Below, one piece after another: positions 49,589 to 57,655 of a stretch of 64,000 bases of DNA (within the stretch, counting starts at the first letter, position 1; each line of letters starts with the position of its first letter). Below the pieces are notes generated by a model. That model did not search any database. It was not told the DNA's origin and was given only the letters and a program-made list of their open reading frames with translations. Source of the DNA: an uncultured bacterium. GTDB taxonomy: Bacteria > Hydrothermota > UBA3073 > NMUJ01 > CBEVQO01. The stretch covers positions 384,001 through 448,000 of the forward strand of contig CBEVQO010000001.1 of the NCBI GenBank assembly GCA_965552055.1, written 5' to 3'. The translations under genes and the position numbers were made by a program.

Positions 49589-50892
49589 CTGAATTTTTTA
49601 ATAATATCTTCAATTATTTCCTTTGTCAAGTTTAAGTTACTGGTTTCACAGATTATCCTAACTACCGGTTCTGTATTTGATTTTCTTACATGCAAAAAGC
49701 CCTCTTCAAAACCCAGCCATAATCCATCTTCCAGATTAATATCTGCATCAGGAAAATCTTCCAGTATTTCATCTACAGGTATTTCCTTATCCCATCTTAT
49801 TTTTTCCTTCATCATATAATATTTCGGAAGTTCATCAACGATTTCCGATAATTTTCTATCTTCTTTCGTCAGCAAATCAAGTATAAGAGCCACTCCTGTT
49901 AAGGAATCCCTTGTAAAATTTATTTCGGGATAAATAACACCTCCATTTCCCTCACCACCATATTTTGCACCTACCTCGAGCATCCTTGATACCACATTTG
50001 CTTCGCCTACTGCAGTCCTGTAAACTTTTGCCCCGATTTTATCCGCAATAACTTCAATCAATCTGCTCGTTGATAAATTTGTCACAATTTTATCTCCTTC
50101 TTTTATAACATTTAAACCGCAAAGAGGAAAGGTATATTCTTCGCCGATTGCCCTTCCTTTATCATCAACTATCGATAACCTATCGCCATCGGGGTCTGTT
50201 GCAAAGCCCACATCTAACTTTTTATTCTTTACAATTTCGCACAAATCCTTGAGAGCAGAGGGAACAGGTTCGGGAGACCTTGTAAATTCACCCGTCAATT
50301 CACAGTTTATAGAATAAATTTCACAATTCAATTTTTCCAGTAAATATTTTAACGCATACGAAGTTGCACCATTACAGCAATCAATTCCTACTTTGAACCC
50401 CTTCTCTTTAATCCTTTCTACATCTATTTTTTCAAAAATTTTGTTAATATGTCTTTCAATTGCTTTCCCATCCTTTTCTTCTTTCCCTTTACCTTCTTTA
50501 TAATTTTTGCTTTCATAGATTTTGTAAAATTCATCGATTTCTTTTTTTGACAAAAATAATCCTTTTTCTGATACGAATTTAAATCCGTTCCATTCTTCAG
50601 GGTTATGGCTTGCTGTGACAACGACACCTCCTGCCAGCTTCAATTCTCTTACATTTAAAAGCAGAGTGGGAGTAGGTGCGATATCAAAGTCAACAACATC
50701 ACATCCCGCGGATAACAACCCTTCTTTAAGTTTTTGTAGCAAAATTTTGCCAGATCTACGGGTATCACGGCAGACACCGATTTTGCCATGCTTATAGGTG
50801 CTAAAAGCTTTTCCAAGCGTAAAAGATAAACTCTCATCAAAATCTTTTCCATAAATTCCCCTTACACCCGATATAGTAAAAAATAAAGCCAT
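49585..50892 (-). CDS. glmM: Phosphoglucosamine mutase / alpha-D-phosphohexomutase
   Basis: TASHNP, DPDGDR, GGEGNGG, RKSNTEP; upstream of glmS. Confidence 0.85.
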   Translation of the reverse strand: MALFFTISGVRGIYGKDFDESLSFTLGKAFSTYKHGKIGVCRDTRRSGKILLQKLKEGLLSAGCDVVDFDIAPTPTLLLNVRELKLAGGVVVTASHNPEEWNGFKFVSEKGLFLSKKEIDEFYKIYESKNYKEGKGKEEKDGKAIERHINKIFEKIDVERIKEKGFKVGIDCCNGATSYALKYLLEKLNCEIYSINCELTGEFTRSPEPVPSALKDLCEIVKNKKLDVGFATDPDGDRLSIVDDKGRAIGEEYTFPLCGLNVIKEGDKIVTNLSTSRLIEVIADKIGAKVYRTAVGEANVVSRMLEVGAKYGGEGNGGVIYPEINFTRDSLTGVALILDLLTKEDRKLSEIVDELPKYYMMKEKIRWDKEIPVDEILEDFPDADINLEDGLWLGFEEGFLHVRKSNTEPVVRIICETSNLNLTKEIIEDIIKKFR

Positions 50893-50900
50893 CCAATAAT

Positions 50901-52034
50901 TTATTTATAAACTTCAAGATGTTTCTTTGCTACATTATCCCATGATGTCATTAAACCATATTCTTTTGTTTTTTCTTTTATTTCTCTGTAAAATTTTTCA
51001 TCTTCTACGAGTCTCAGAATTAATCTACAGAGTGCTTTTTTATCTTCTGGTAAAATAAGCAATTCTGGTGATACATTTGCCAGTTCTTCGAATTTTGGTA
51101 TTCTTGAAGCGATAACGGGCTTGCCTGCTCCCATAGCAAGATGGAAAGCACCCGAAGCCGACCTGTAATCTTCATAATAGGGGAAAAGAACAAGGTCGGA
51201 TGCCCCAAAGATATAAGGAACATCTTCATTTGGTAAAAATCTGTTCGGGAAAATAACATTTTCCTCAAGTCCCAGATCTTTTATTAAATTTTCGCACATC
51301 TTGACATAAGGATGTTCCTCGGGTTTCCTTGGATATGCACCGCCTGCTATGAAAAGATAAACATCTTTTTTCTTTTCTACAATCTCTTTCATGGCTTCAA
51401 TCACTATGTGGATTTTTTTATGCGGTCTTACAAATCCAAATAATAAAATTATAAATCCTTTTTCTGGCAGATTTAGATGTTTACGGGAAACTATCGTGTC
51501 AACATCCTGTATCTCTGAACCATGTGGTATCACCACCAGTTTTTCGGAAGGCACTCCTTCTCTTTCCAGAATTTTTTTGCATTCATCAAGATGCAATATA
51601 ACTTTTGTAGCGGGAGATAAAAATTTGCGATTGAATTCTTCCATATCCATTTCAACACCGTAATCCCTTCCGTAATCGCATGTTACATTTGTGTGAACAC
51701 AGTGCATCGTTATAATAAGCTTTGCCTTTTTTGATAATTCTTCTGTGAGATGTGGTAATCTTTCATCAAATCTCCAGATACTATATTCATGTTGCATGTG
51801 TATAACATCAACTTCCTCAAGGTTTTCGAGAATCTGTGATACATAATCTTCTTTTCTGCTCCAGCAGGGATTTACTTTGAGCCGGTCTTCTTCAACTTTC
51901 TCTGCTTCTTTTTCAGCCAGTATCAATACCTTTATATCTTTATCAACTCTTTTCAATCCGTGTATCAAATAATCCGTGTATGTAGCTATACCGCACTGCT
52001 GTGGTAAATAGGTTGATAAGATGCAAATCCTCAT
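50901..52034 (-). CDS. Glycosyltransferase family 4
   Basis: CGIATYT, QHEY, IPHG, FGF..PHK, PY.....ASG. Confidence 0.9.
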   Translation of the reverse strand: MRICILSTYLPQQCGIATYTDYLIHGLKRVDKDIKVLILAEKEAEKVEEDRLKVNPCWSRKEDYVSQILENLEEVDVIHMQHEYSIWRFDERLPHLTEELSKKAKLIITMHCVHTNVTCDYGRDYGVEMDMEEFNRKFLSPATKVILHLDECKKILEREGVPSEKLVVIPHGSEIQDVDTIVSRKHLNLPEKGFIILLFGFVRPHKKIHIVIEAMKEIVEKKKDVYLFIAGGAYPRKPEEHPYVKMCENLIKDLGLEENVIFPNRFLPNEDVPYIFGASDLVLFPYYEDYRSASGAFHLAMGAGKPVIASRIPKFEELANVSPELLILPEDKKALCRLILRLVEDEKFYREIKEKTKEYGLMTSWDNVAKKHLEVYK

Positions 52035-52048
52035 AATCCCCCTTTTAT

Positions 52049-52075
52049 ATTTTGCAGAAATAATAAATTTGTCAA
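52049..52075 (-). promoter_or_regulatory. Putative promoter TTGACA-15bp-CAAAAT
   Basis: Followed by AAGGGGG SD and ATG 52034. Confidence 0.6.
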
Positions 52076-52076
52076 T

Positions 52077-52253
52077 AAAATTTTTAATGCGAGCGAAGCG
52101 AGCACATTACATATGGGTTGATATGTCAGCCCATTACGGTGATGTGGGTTATTCTGGGTTTTTACGCTTTATCTTCTGATTGCGTTATAGCTGGAGTAGT
52201 AGTGGGCTGACTTAATCGGGAAGGCGGGGACAGCGGAGGCGGGGCTAAAAATT
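52077..52253 (+). repeat. Dispersed structured GC-rich element, full copy 2
   Basis: Matches the reverse complement of 1293-1470; GCGAAGC at 52093-52099; stem 52125-52137/52199-52211. Confidence 0.92.
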
Positions 52254-52254
52254 A

Positions 52255-52281
52255 TTGACAGAAGTAGGGATGGATTAAAAT
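52255..52281 (+). promoter_or_regulatory. Putative promoter TTGACA-15bp-TAAAAT
   Basis: Immediately outside the element end; ATG at 52293. Confidence 0.72.
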
Positions 52282-52292
52282 AAATAAAAATT

Positions 52293-52982
52293 ATGGAAAT
52301 TTTTGTTGGAACTTCTGGATGGTATTATTCGTGGAATTTAGAAGGAACTTTTGACTGGTATCTTAAAAATTCTGGTTTAAATGCAATAGAATTGAATGCT
52401 TCTTTTTATCGCTTCCCTTTTCCCAATCAGGTAAAGAGCTGGGCAAATAAAGGGAGAAATCTCCACTGGGTTGTAAAGGTTAACCGTGCGATTACTCACA
52501 TATTCAGGTTGAATGAGAAAGCTTTTGCAAGATGGCAGAAATTTAAAAATTTATTTTCCCCTCTTGATGATTTTATTGACTTTTACTTATTTCAAATGCC
52601 ACCGAATTTTTCACCGAAATTACTTTCGAGGGTTTTTGAGTTCTTTGAAAAAACGGGTCTTAATGGGAGATTTGCCTTTGAGCCGCGTCACATTGATTTC
52701 TGGCATGAAAATGTAATTTCTGAAATAATAGAAAAAGGCATAATATTTGTATCTGTTGATGCTCCAGATTTACCAAGGACAATAATAAATTGCAAAGGAG
52801 TAATTTACCTGAGGATTCATGGCAGAACCGCGTGGTATTCCCATTATTATTCAGATGAAGAGTTAAAAGAAATTGCCGAAAAGATTTTACAACAATCTCC
52901 TGAAAAAGTTTATGTATTTTTCAACAACGACCATGCAATGCTCGAAAATGCACAAAGGTTATGGGAAATCCTTAAAGGATAG
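52293..52982 (+). CDS. DUF72 family protein
   Basis: VGTSGW, ELNASFY, FQMPP, FEPRH, RIHGR, FNND. Confidence 0.92.
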   Translation: MEIFVGTSGWYYSWNLEGTFDWYLKNSGLNAIELNASFYRFPFPNQVKSWANKGRNLHWVVKVNRAITHIFRLNEKAFARWQKFKNLFSPLDDFIDFYLFQMPPNFSPKLLSRVFEFFEKTGLNGRFAFEPRHIDFWHENVISEIIEKGIIFVSVDAPDLPRTIINCKGVIYLRIHGRTAWYSHYYSDEELKEIAEKILQQSPEKVYVFFNNDHAMLENAQRLWEILKG

Positions 52983-52986
52983 AATA

Positions 52987-53562
52987 TTGCCACAGGATTT
53001 TTATGCAAGGGATGCAAAAGAAGTAGCAATTGATTTGCTTGGCAAAATACTTGTAAGAAGATATGGCAGGAGGTTTTTAAAAGTAAAAATAGTTGAAACG
53101 GAGGCATATTATGGACATGATGACCCTGCTTCTCGTGCATATCAGGGCAAAATTACAAGGATAAGCAAAGTTATGTATGAAGAACCTGGCATTACGCTCA
53201 TCTACATGGTGCATGGTGGCTGGCTTATGAACATAGTTACAGGTAAAAAGGGCGACGCACAGGCAGTCTTAATAAGGGCAGGAGAGCCCATCGGTGGTAT
53301 TGACCTTATGAAAAAATTCAGAAAGAAGGACAATTTGAAAGATTTAACAACAGGACCTGCAAAATTGACCGAAGCATTAAAGATTACGAAAGAACATCAT
53401 ATGATAAAAGTTTTCGATTATAATTCTCCTGTTTTCGTAATTGAGGGAGAAAGTGATTTTGAAGTGTGTAGCTCTGGCAGAATAGGGGTAAAACGCGATT
53501 TACCCGAGCCTCTTCGCTTCTATATAAAGGGAAACGAATTTGTCAGTAAAATTAAATTTTAA
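52987..53562 (+). CDS. mpg: 3-methyladenine DNA glycosylase (MPG/AAG family); start uncertain (52948 or 52987)
   Basis: LLGK, IVETEAY, YMVHG, AVLIRA, GPAKL, RIGV, LRFY. Confidence 0.9.
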   Translation: MPQDFYARDAKEVAIDLLGKILVRRYGRRFLKVKIVETEAYYGHDDPASRAYQGKITRISKVMYEEPGITLIYMVHGGWLMNIVTGKKGDAQAVLIRAGEPIGGIDLMKKFRKKDNLKDLTTGPAKLTEALKITKEHHMIKVFDYNSPVFVIEGESDFEVCSSGRIGVKRDLPEPLRFYIKGNEFVSKIKF

Positions 53563-53565
53563 AAC

Positions 53566-53592
53566 TTGACAAGAAGAAATTTTGAATATAAT
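53566..53592 (+). promoter_or_regulatory. Putative promoter TTGACA-15bp-TATAAT
   Basis: Perfect boxes; followed by GAAGGAG SD. Confidence 0.75.
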
Positions 53593-53604
53593 TGAAGGAG
53601 AGCG

Positions 53605-54543
53605 ATGTATCTTGGAATTGATGTAGGTTCTGTAAGTACCGACCTTGTAGTAATCGATGAAAAATATAATGTTTTATGTGATGTTTATTTGCCGACGGCA
53701 GGTGATCCGATTTCTGCGATCAAAAAGGGGTTGAAGGAGATAAAGGAGCGTCTTGGCGAGGTAAAGATAAAGGGAGTGGGTACAACCGGTAGTGGGAGGA
53801 TGCTTGCGGGGATTGTGGTTGGTGCAGACATAGTGAAGAATGAGATAACTGCTCATGCAGTAGCTGCGATACATTATGTTCCCGATGTTCAAACTGTTAT
53901 AGAAATTGGTGGTCAGGATTCCAAGATAATAATAATAAGGGATGGTGTTCCTGTTGATTTTGCGATGAATACGGTGTGTGCTGCGGGTACCGGCTCTTTC
54001 CTTGACCATCAGGCTCATCGCCTTGGTATTCCCATTGAGAATTTCGGTGAAATGGCTTTGAAAGCGAATGCACCCACTAGGATTGCAGGAAGATGCACTG
54101 TTTTTGCTGAATCAGATATGATTCACAAGCAACAAATTGGTCATACGAAGGAAAATATAATAGCGGGTTTATGTCATGCTCTTGTTCGCAATTATCTTGC
54201 TAATGTTGCAAAGGGCAAAGAGATTCTTCCGAAAGTTGTATTTCAGGGTGGTGTTGCTGCAAATAAGGGTATGAAAGCTGCATTTGAAGAGGCACTTGGT
54301 ATGGAGGTTATAGTTCCTCCTTATCACAAAGTTATGGGAGCGATAGGTGCTGCGATGCTTGCAAAGGAATACACAAATGGTTACACAAATTTTAAAGGTT
54401 TTGATATAACCACTAAAGATTTTACTCCCAAGAGCTTTATCTGCAAGGATTGTCCTAATGAGTGTGAGATTGTGGAAATATGGAGTGGTGAGCGTTTATT
54501 AGCGCGCTGGGGGAGTATTTGTGGCAAGTGGAATGTAATTTAG
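53605..54543 (+). CDS. 2-hydroxyacyl-CoA dehydratase activase (HgdC/BadF ASKHA ATPase)
   Basis: GIDVGS, EIGGQDSK, MN..CAAGTGSFL, CTVFAES, GGVAAN; C-terminal CxxCxxxC. Confidence 0.92.
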   Translation: MYLGIDVGSVSTDLVVIDEKYNVLCDVYLPTAGDPISAIKKGLKEIKERLGEVKIKGVGTTGSGRMLAGIVVGADIVKNEITAHAVAAIHYVPDVQTVIEIGGQDSKIIIIRDGVPVDFAMNTVCAAGTGSFLDHQAHRLGIPIENFGEMALKANAPTRIAGRCTVFAESDMIHKQQIGHTKENIIAGLCHALVRNYLANVAKGKEILPKVVFQGGVAANKGMKAAFEEALGMEVIVPPYHKVMGAIGAAMLAKEYTNGYTNFKGFDITTKDFTPKSFICKDCPNECEIVEIWSGERLLARWGSICGKWNVI

Positions 54544-54544
54544 T

Positions 54545-54628
54545 GCCGAAGTGGCGGAATGGTAGACGCGGCGGACTCAAAATCCGCTGGGGGTTAACCC
54601 CGTGGGGGTTCAAGTCCCTCCTTCGGCA
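54545..54628 (+). tRNA. tRNA-Leu (anticodon CAA), CCA not encoded
   Basis: GCCGAAG/CTTCGGC acceptor stem, GCGGA-CTCAAAA-TCCGC anticodon arm, long variable arm, GGTTCAAGTCC T-loop. Confidence 0.96.
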
Positions 54629-54634
54629 CTTGAA

Positions 54635-54946
54635 ATGTATCTGTTTATTGTAATATTTATTCTTTTAATTGCAGTTTTCGGAATCGTAATCGGTGCACAG
54701 AATTATTCTACACTTGTTGACATACAGATTTTAAACAAAACAATAAAAAGTGTTCCTCTCACACTCTTAATAATCGAATGCATCGTTGTAGGAATTGTGC
54801 TTGCTTTTATCGCAGCCATTTACGATAGAATTGTTCTATCAAGAAAATTAAGGGAAAAAGAGAAAGAAGTTAAAGACCTTTTAGAGGAGGTAAAGGCTTT
54901 AAGGATGTTACCGCCTGAGAGTAGCAGTGAAAGAGAATCTTCTTGA
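54635..54946 (+). CDS. lapA: LapA family membrane protein
   Basis: TM-'AQN...V.I'-'PL.LLI'-TM-coiled coil; start moved outside the tRNA. Confidence 0.82.
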   Translation: MYLFIVIFILLIAVFGIVIGAQNYSTLVDIQILNKTIKSVPLTLLIIECIVVGIVLAFIAAIYDRIVLSRKLREKEKEVKDLLEEVKALRMLPPESSSERESS

Positions 54947-55940
54947 AATTTTAACAATAGCACCTGAGAGCGAAAGAGAAGTTCTGTTGCGTAAATATAT
55001 CGACCAGAATCCGAGAGATTTAATAGCATATTTAAAACTGGGAGATATAGTCAGGGGACGCAACCCAAGGGAAGCAACGAGAATCCATCTCAGCATAATT
55101 TACACTCCGAAGATTGACAAAAAATTGAAAAAAATGGCATTAAAAAGCTTGATAAAAGATTCACTCCAGGATAATAATGTTGAGCGCGCAATTTTTTATG
55201 CAAAAGAAATTTTGAAAATAGATTCAAGGGATATTGAAACTTATGAAATTTTATACAAACTTTATGAAGAAGTTGAAAACTGGGAAGGTGCTGTTCATAC
55301 TTTTGATGAGTTAAGGAAAATTCGCAAACAAAAAAGTGACATGGAAGAGGCATCCCGGCTTTATGCACTTTGGGGCAAAAGTTTACTGGATAAAGGTGAA
55401 GATAAGAAAGGTCTTGATAAAATAAAAGAATCTCTCAAGATAAAAGAAAATTCATTCTGGGGATTGCTGTATCTCGGCGAGTATCACAGGAAAAGGGGTG
55501 AGCTCGATAAATGCATAGAAGTGTGGGAAAAGCTTCTTTTCACTTATCCCGATAAATCCCATCTGATACTCGAGAAGCTCGAAGAAGTATTTTACGAAAG
55601 CGGTCAATATGACAAGATGGAAGATTTGTATAAAAGATTTTTGAATGAATATCAGGATAATGAAGAAGCATCTGTTCGTTTTGCCAGAATTTTACTTGCA
55701 AAGGGCGAAACGGAAAGAGCTTTAAATATACTCAGTGCAATAAAGAACAATTTCAAAGCAAAAAGAGAACTCATAAAGCTCCTGATAAAAAATGGCGAAA
55801 TTGATAAAGCATTACAGGAACTCGAAACACTTGAACCCTTACAGAAATTTATATGCAAGAATTGTAAAAGAATTTTTGATGAATTTAGTTTGAAATGTCC
55901 ACAATGTAAATCGTGGCTGACAATAGAGCCAATTTCCTGA
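54927..55940 (+). CDS. LapB/YciM-like TPR protein with C-terminal rubredoxin-like CxxC...CxxC
   Basis: TPRs; 'A.RIH..I'; 'FICKNC...CPQCKSW.TI'. Confidence 0.82.
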   Translation: MKENLLEILTIAPESEREVLLRKYIDQNPRDLIAYLKLGDIVRGRNPREATRIHLSIIYTPKIDKKLKKMALKSLIKDSLQDNNVERAIFYAKEILKIDSRDIETYEILYKLYEEVENWEGAVHTFDELRKIRKQKSDMEEASRLYALWGKSLLDKGEDKKGLDKIKESLKIKENSFWGLLYLGEYHRKRGELDKCIEVWEKLLFTYPDKSHLILEKLEEVFYESGQYDKMEDLYKRFLNEYQDNEEASVRFARILLAKGETERALNILSAIKNNFKAKRELIKLLIKNGEIDKALQELETLEPLQKFICKNCKRIFDEFSLKCPQCKSWLTIEPIS

Positions 55941-57655
55941 AAGAAAAAATCAAAAATTTACCCGATAAACCAGGTGTTTACATAATGAAAGACGCAAAAG
56001 GAAAGGTTTTGTATGTGGGTAAAGCATCTTCTTTGCAGAATCGCCTCAAATCTTATTTTTCTTCTGACCTGCCTGTAAAAACAAAGGCATTAATGAGAAA
56101 AGTTCATGACTTCGATTACATAGTTACAAAATCTGAAGCAGAAGCACTTGCACTTGAAGCAAGTTTGATAAAGTTTCATAAACCAGATTACAACATAAGA
56201 CTAAAAGACGATAAAAAATATCCTTACATAAAGATTACGATTTACGAAGATTTTCCTGCTGTTTATCCAACAAGGGATTTAAGGGATAAAAATGCAATTT
56301 ATTTTGGCCCCTATACAAGTGTAAAGACGATGAAGCGTGCGTTAAAAGCTGTTCGCGATATTTTCCCGGTAAGGATGTGCAGGACGATGCCTAAAAAAGC
56401 TTGCCTTATGTATGATATTGGCAAATGTTCGGGACCATGTGAAGGACATATCTCAAAAGAGGAATATCAAAACCTTGTGAAAAAATTTATAGATTTGTTA
56501 TCGGGTAAAACAGAGGAAGTCGAAAAATTACTTGAAAAGGAGATGAAAGAATATGCCGATGCACTTGAATTTGAGAAAGCAGCTTTAGTTCGCGATAGGT
56601 TGCTTTCGGTTCGTGACCTTGTTAAAAAGCAAAGTGTTATTTTTGATAAACCAGAAGATGCAGATGTTTTTGGTGTAGCACATGCTGGAAATGTTGCATG
56701 CTGTGAGCTCATGCATGTAAGAGAAGGAAGACTCATAGGTGCGGAACACTATATCCTTAAATGCTCAAAAGACGATAAAAATTCGCAAATTTTAAGTGCT
56801 TTCGTATCACAATATTATTCGAGCGCTTATTTTAAACCTCAAAAAGTGATAGTGCCGGAGATTGAAGATAAAGAATTAATTGAAGAGTGGCTTAAATTAA
56901 AAGTTATTATTCCTAAATCTGGCAAAGAAAAAGAAATTTTAAATTTAGCAATGGAGAATGCAAAATTACATTTGATGGAAGAGACGCCGGAAAAAATTCC
57001 TGCTGTTTTGTCGCAGTTAAAAGATATTCTAAAACTTTCTAAAGTTCCAAGAAAAATATATGCTTTTGATGTGTCGCATACTTTTGGTGATGAAATCACG
57101 GGTTCCTGTGTGGTATTTGAAGATGCCCGTCCAAAAAAATCAGAATATAGAAGGTTTAAGATTAAAACGGTTAAAAAGATAGATGATTATTCAGCGATGA
57201 GAGAAATCGTTTTTCGAAAGGTTCGCGATGATGGAGCACCTGATTTTATCCTTGTTGATGGTGGTGTAGGGCAAATAGGAGCTGCTTTAAAAGCTCTTTC
57301 GGAACTTAATGCCGATGTGCCGGTATTCGGGCTGGCAAAGCGCTTTGAGCAACTTTACACTCCTTCAGGCGAAATAGTGTCTATACCAAAAGATTCAATC
57401 GCACTAAGATTGCTTCAAAGGATAAGAAATGAAGCCCACAGATTTGCAGTAAGCTACCACAGGAAATTAAGAGATAAAATCGAATTATCTCTTACTGAAA
57501 TCCCGGGTATCGGTGAAAAGCGTGCAAAAGCTCTCTTGAAATATTTTTATACGATTGACAGGTTAAAAAAGGCATCTGTTGATGAAATAGCAAAAGTCCC
57601 CGGTATTGGTAAGCGTTACGCAGAAATAATTTACAGTTATCTCCATAAAGAATGA
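55913..57655 (+). CDS. uvrC: Excinuclease ABC subunit C
   Basis: PDKPGVY...YVGKA GIY-YIG, FDVSH, VDGGVGQ, HRFA, HhH. Confidence 0.97.
   Translation: MADNRANFLKEKIKNLPDKPGVYIMKDAKGKVLYVGKASSLQNRLKSYFSSDLPVKTKALMRKVHDFDYIVTKSEAEALALEASLIKFHKPDYNIRLKDDKKYPYIKITIYEDFPAVYPTRDLRDKNAIYFGPYTSVKTMKRALKAVRDIFPVRMCRTMPKKACLMYDIGKCSGPCEGHISKEEYQNLVKKFIDLLSGKTEEVEKLLEKEMKEYADALEFEKAALVRDRLLSVRDLVKKQSVIFDKPEDADVFGVAHAGNVACCELMHVREGRLIGAEHYILKCSKDDKNSQILSAFVSQYYSSAYFKPQKVIVPEIEDKELIEEWLKLKVIIPKSGKEKEILNLAMENAKLHLMEETPEKIPAVLSQLKDILKLSKVPRKIYAFDVSHTFGDEITGSCVVFEDARPKKSEYRRFKIKTVKKIDDYSAMREIVFRKVRDDGAPDFILVDGGVGQIGAALKALSELNADVPVFGLAKRFEQLYTPSGEIVSIPKDSIALRLLQRIRNEAHRFAVSYHRKLRDKIELSLTEIPGIGEKRAKALLKYFYTIDRLKKASVDEIAKVPGIGKRYAEIIYSYLHKE

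Noticed and set aside
52077..52253. Canonical integron attC site
   Set aside because: No properly placed RYYYAAC...GTTRRRY ends, and the flanking genes are divergent rather than a tandem cassette array.
54545..54628. tRNA as an integration site (att) for an island
   Set aside because: I saw no duplicate of the tRNA 3' end and no integrase; the downstream genes are core.
54602..54634. ORF-track N-terminal extension of lapA
   Set aside because: It lies mostly inside the tRNA gene.
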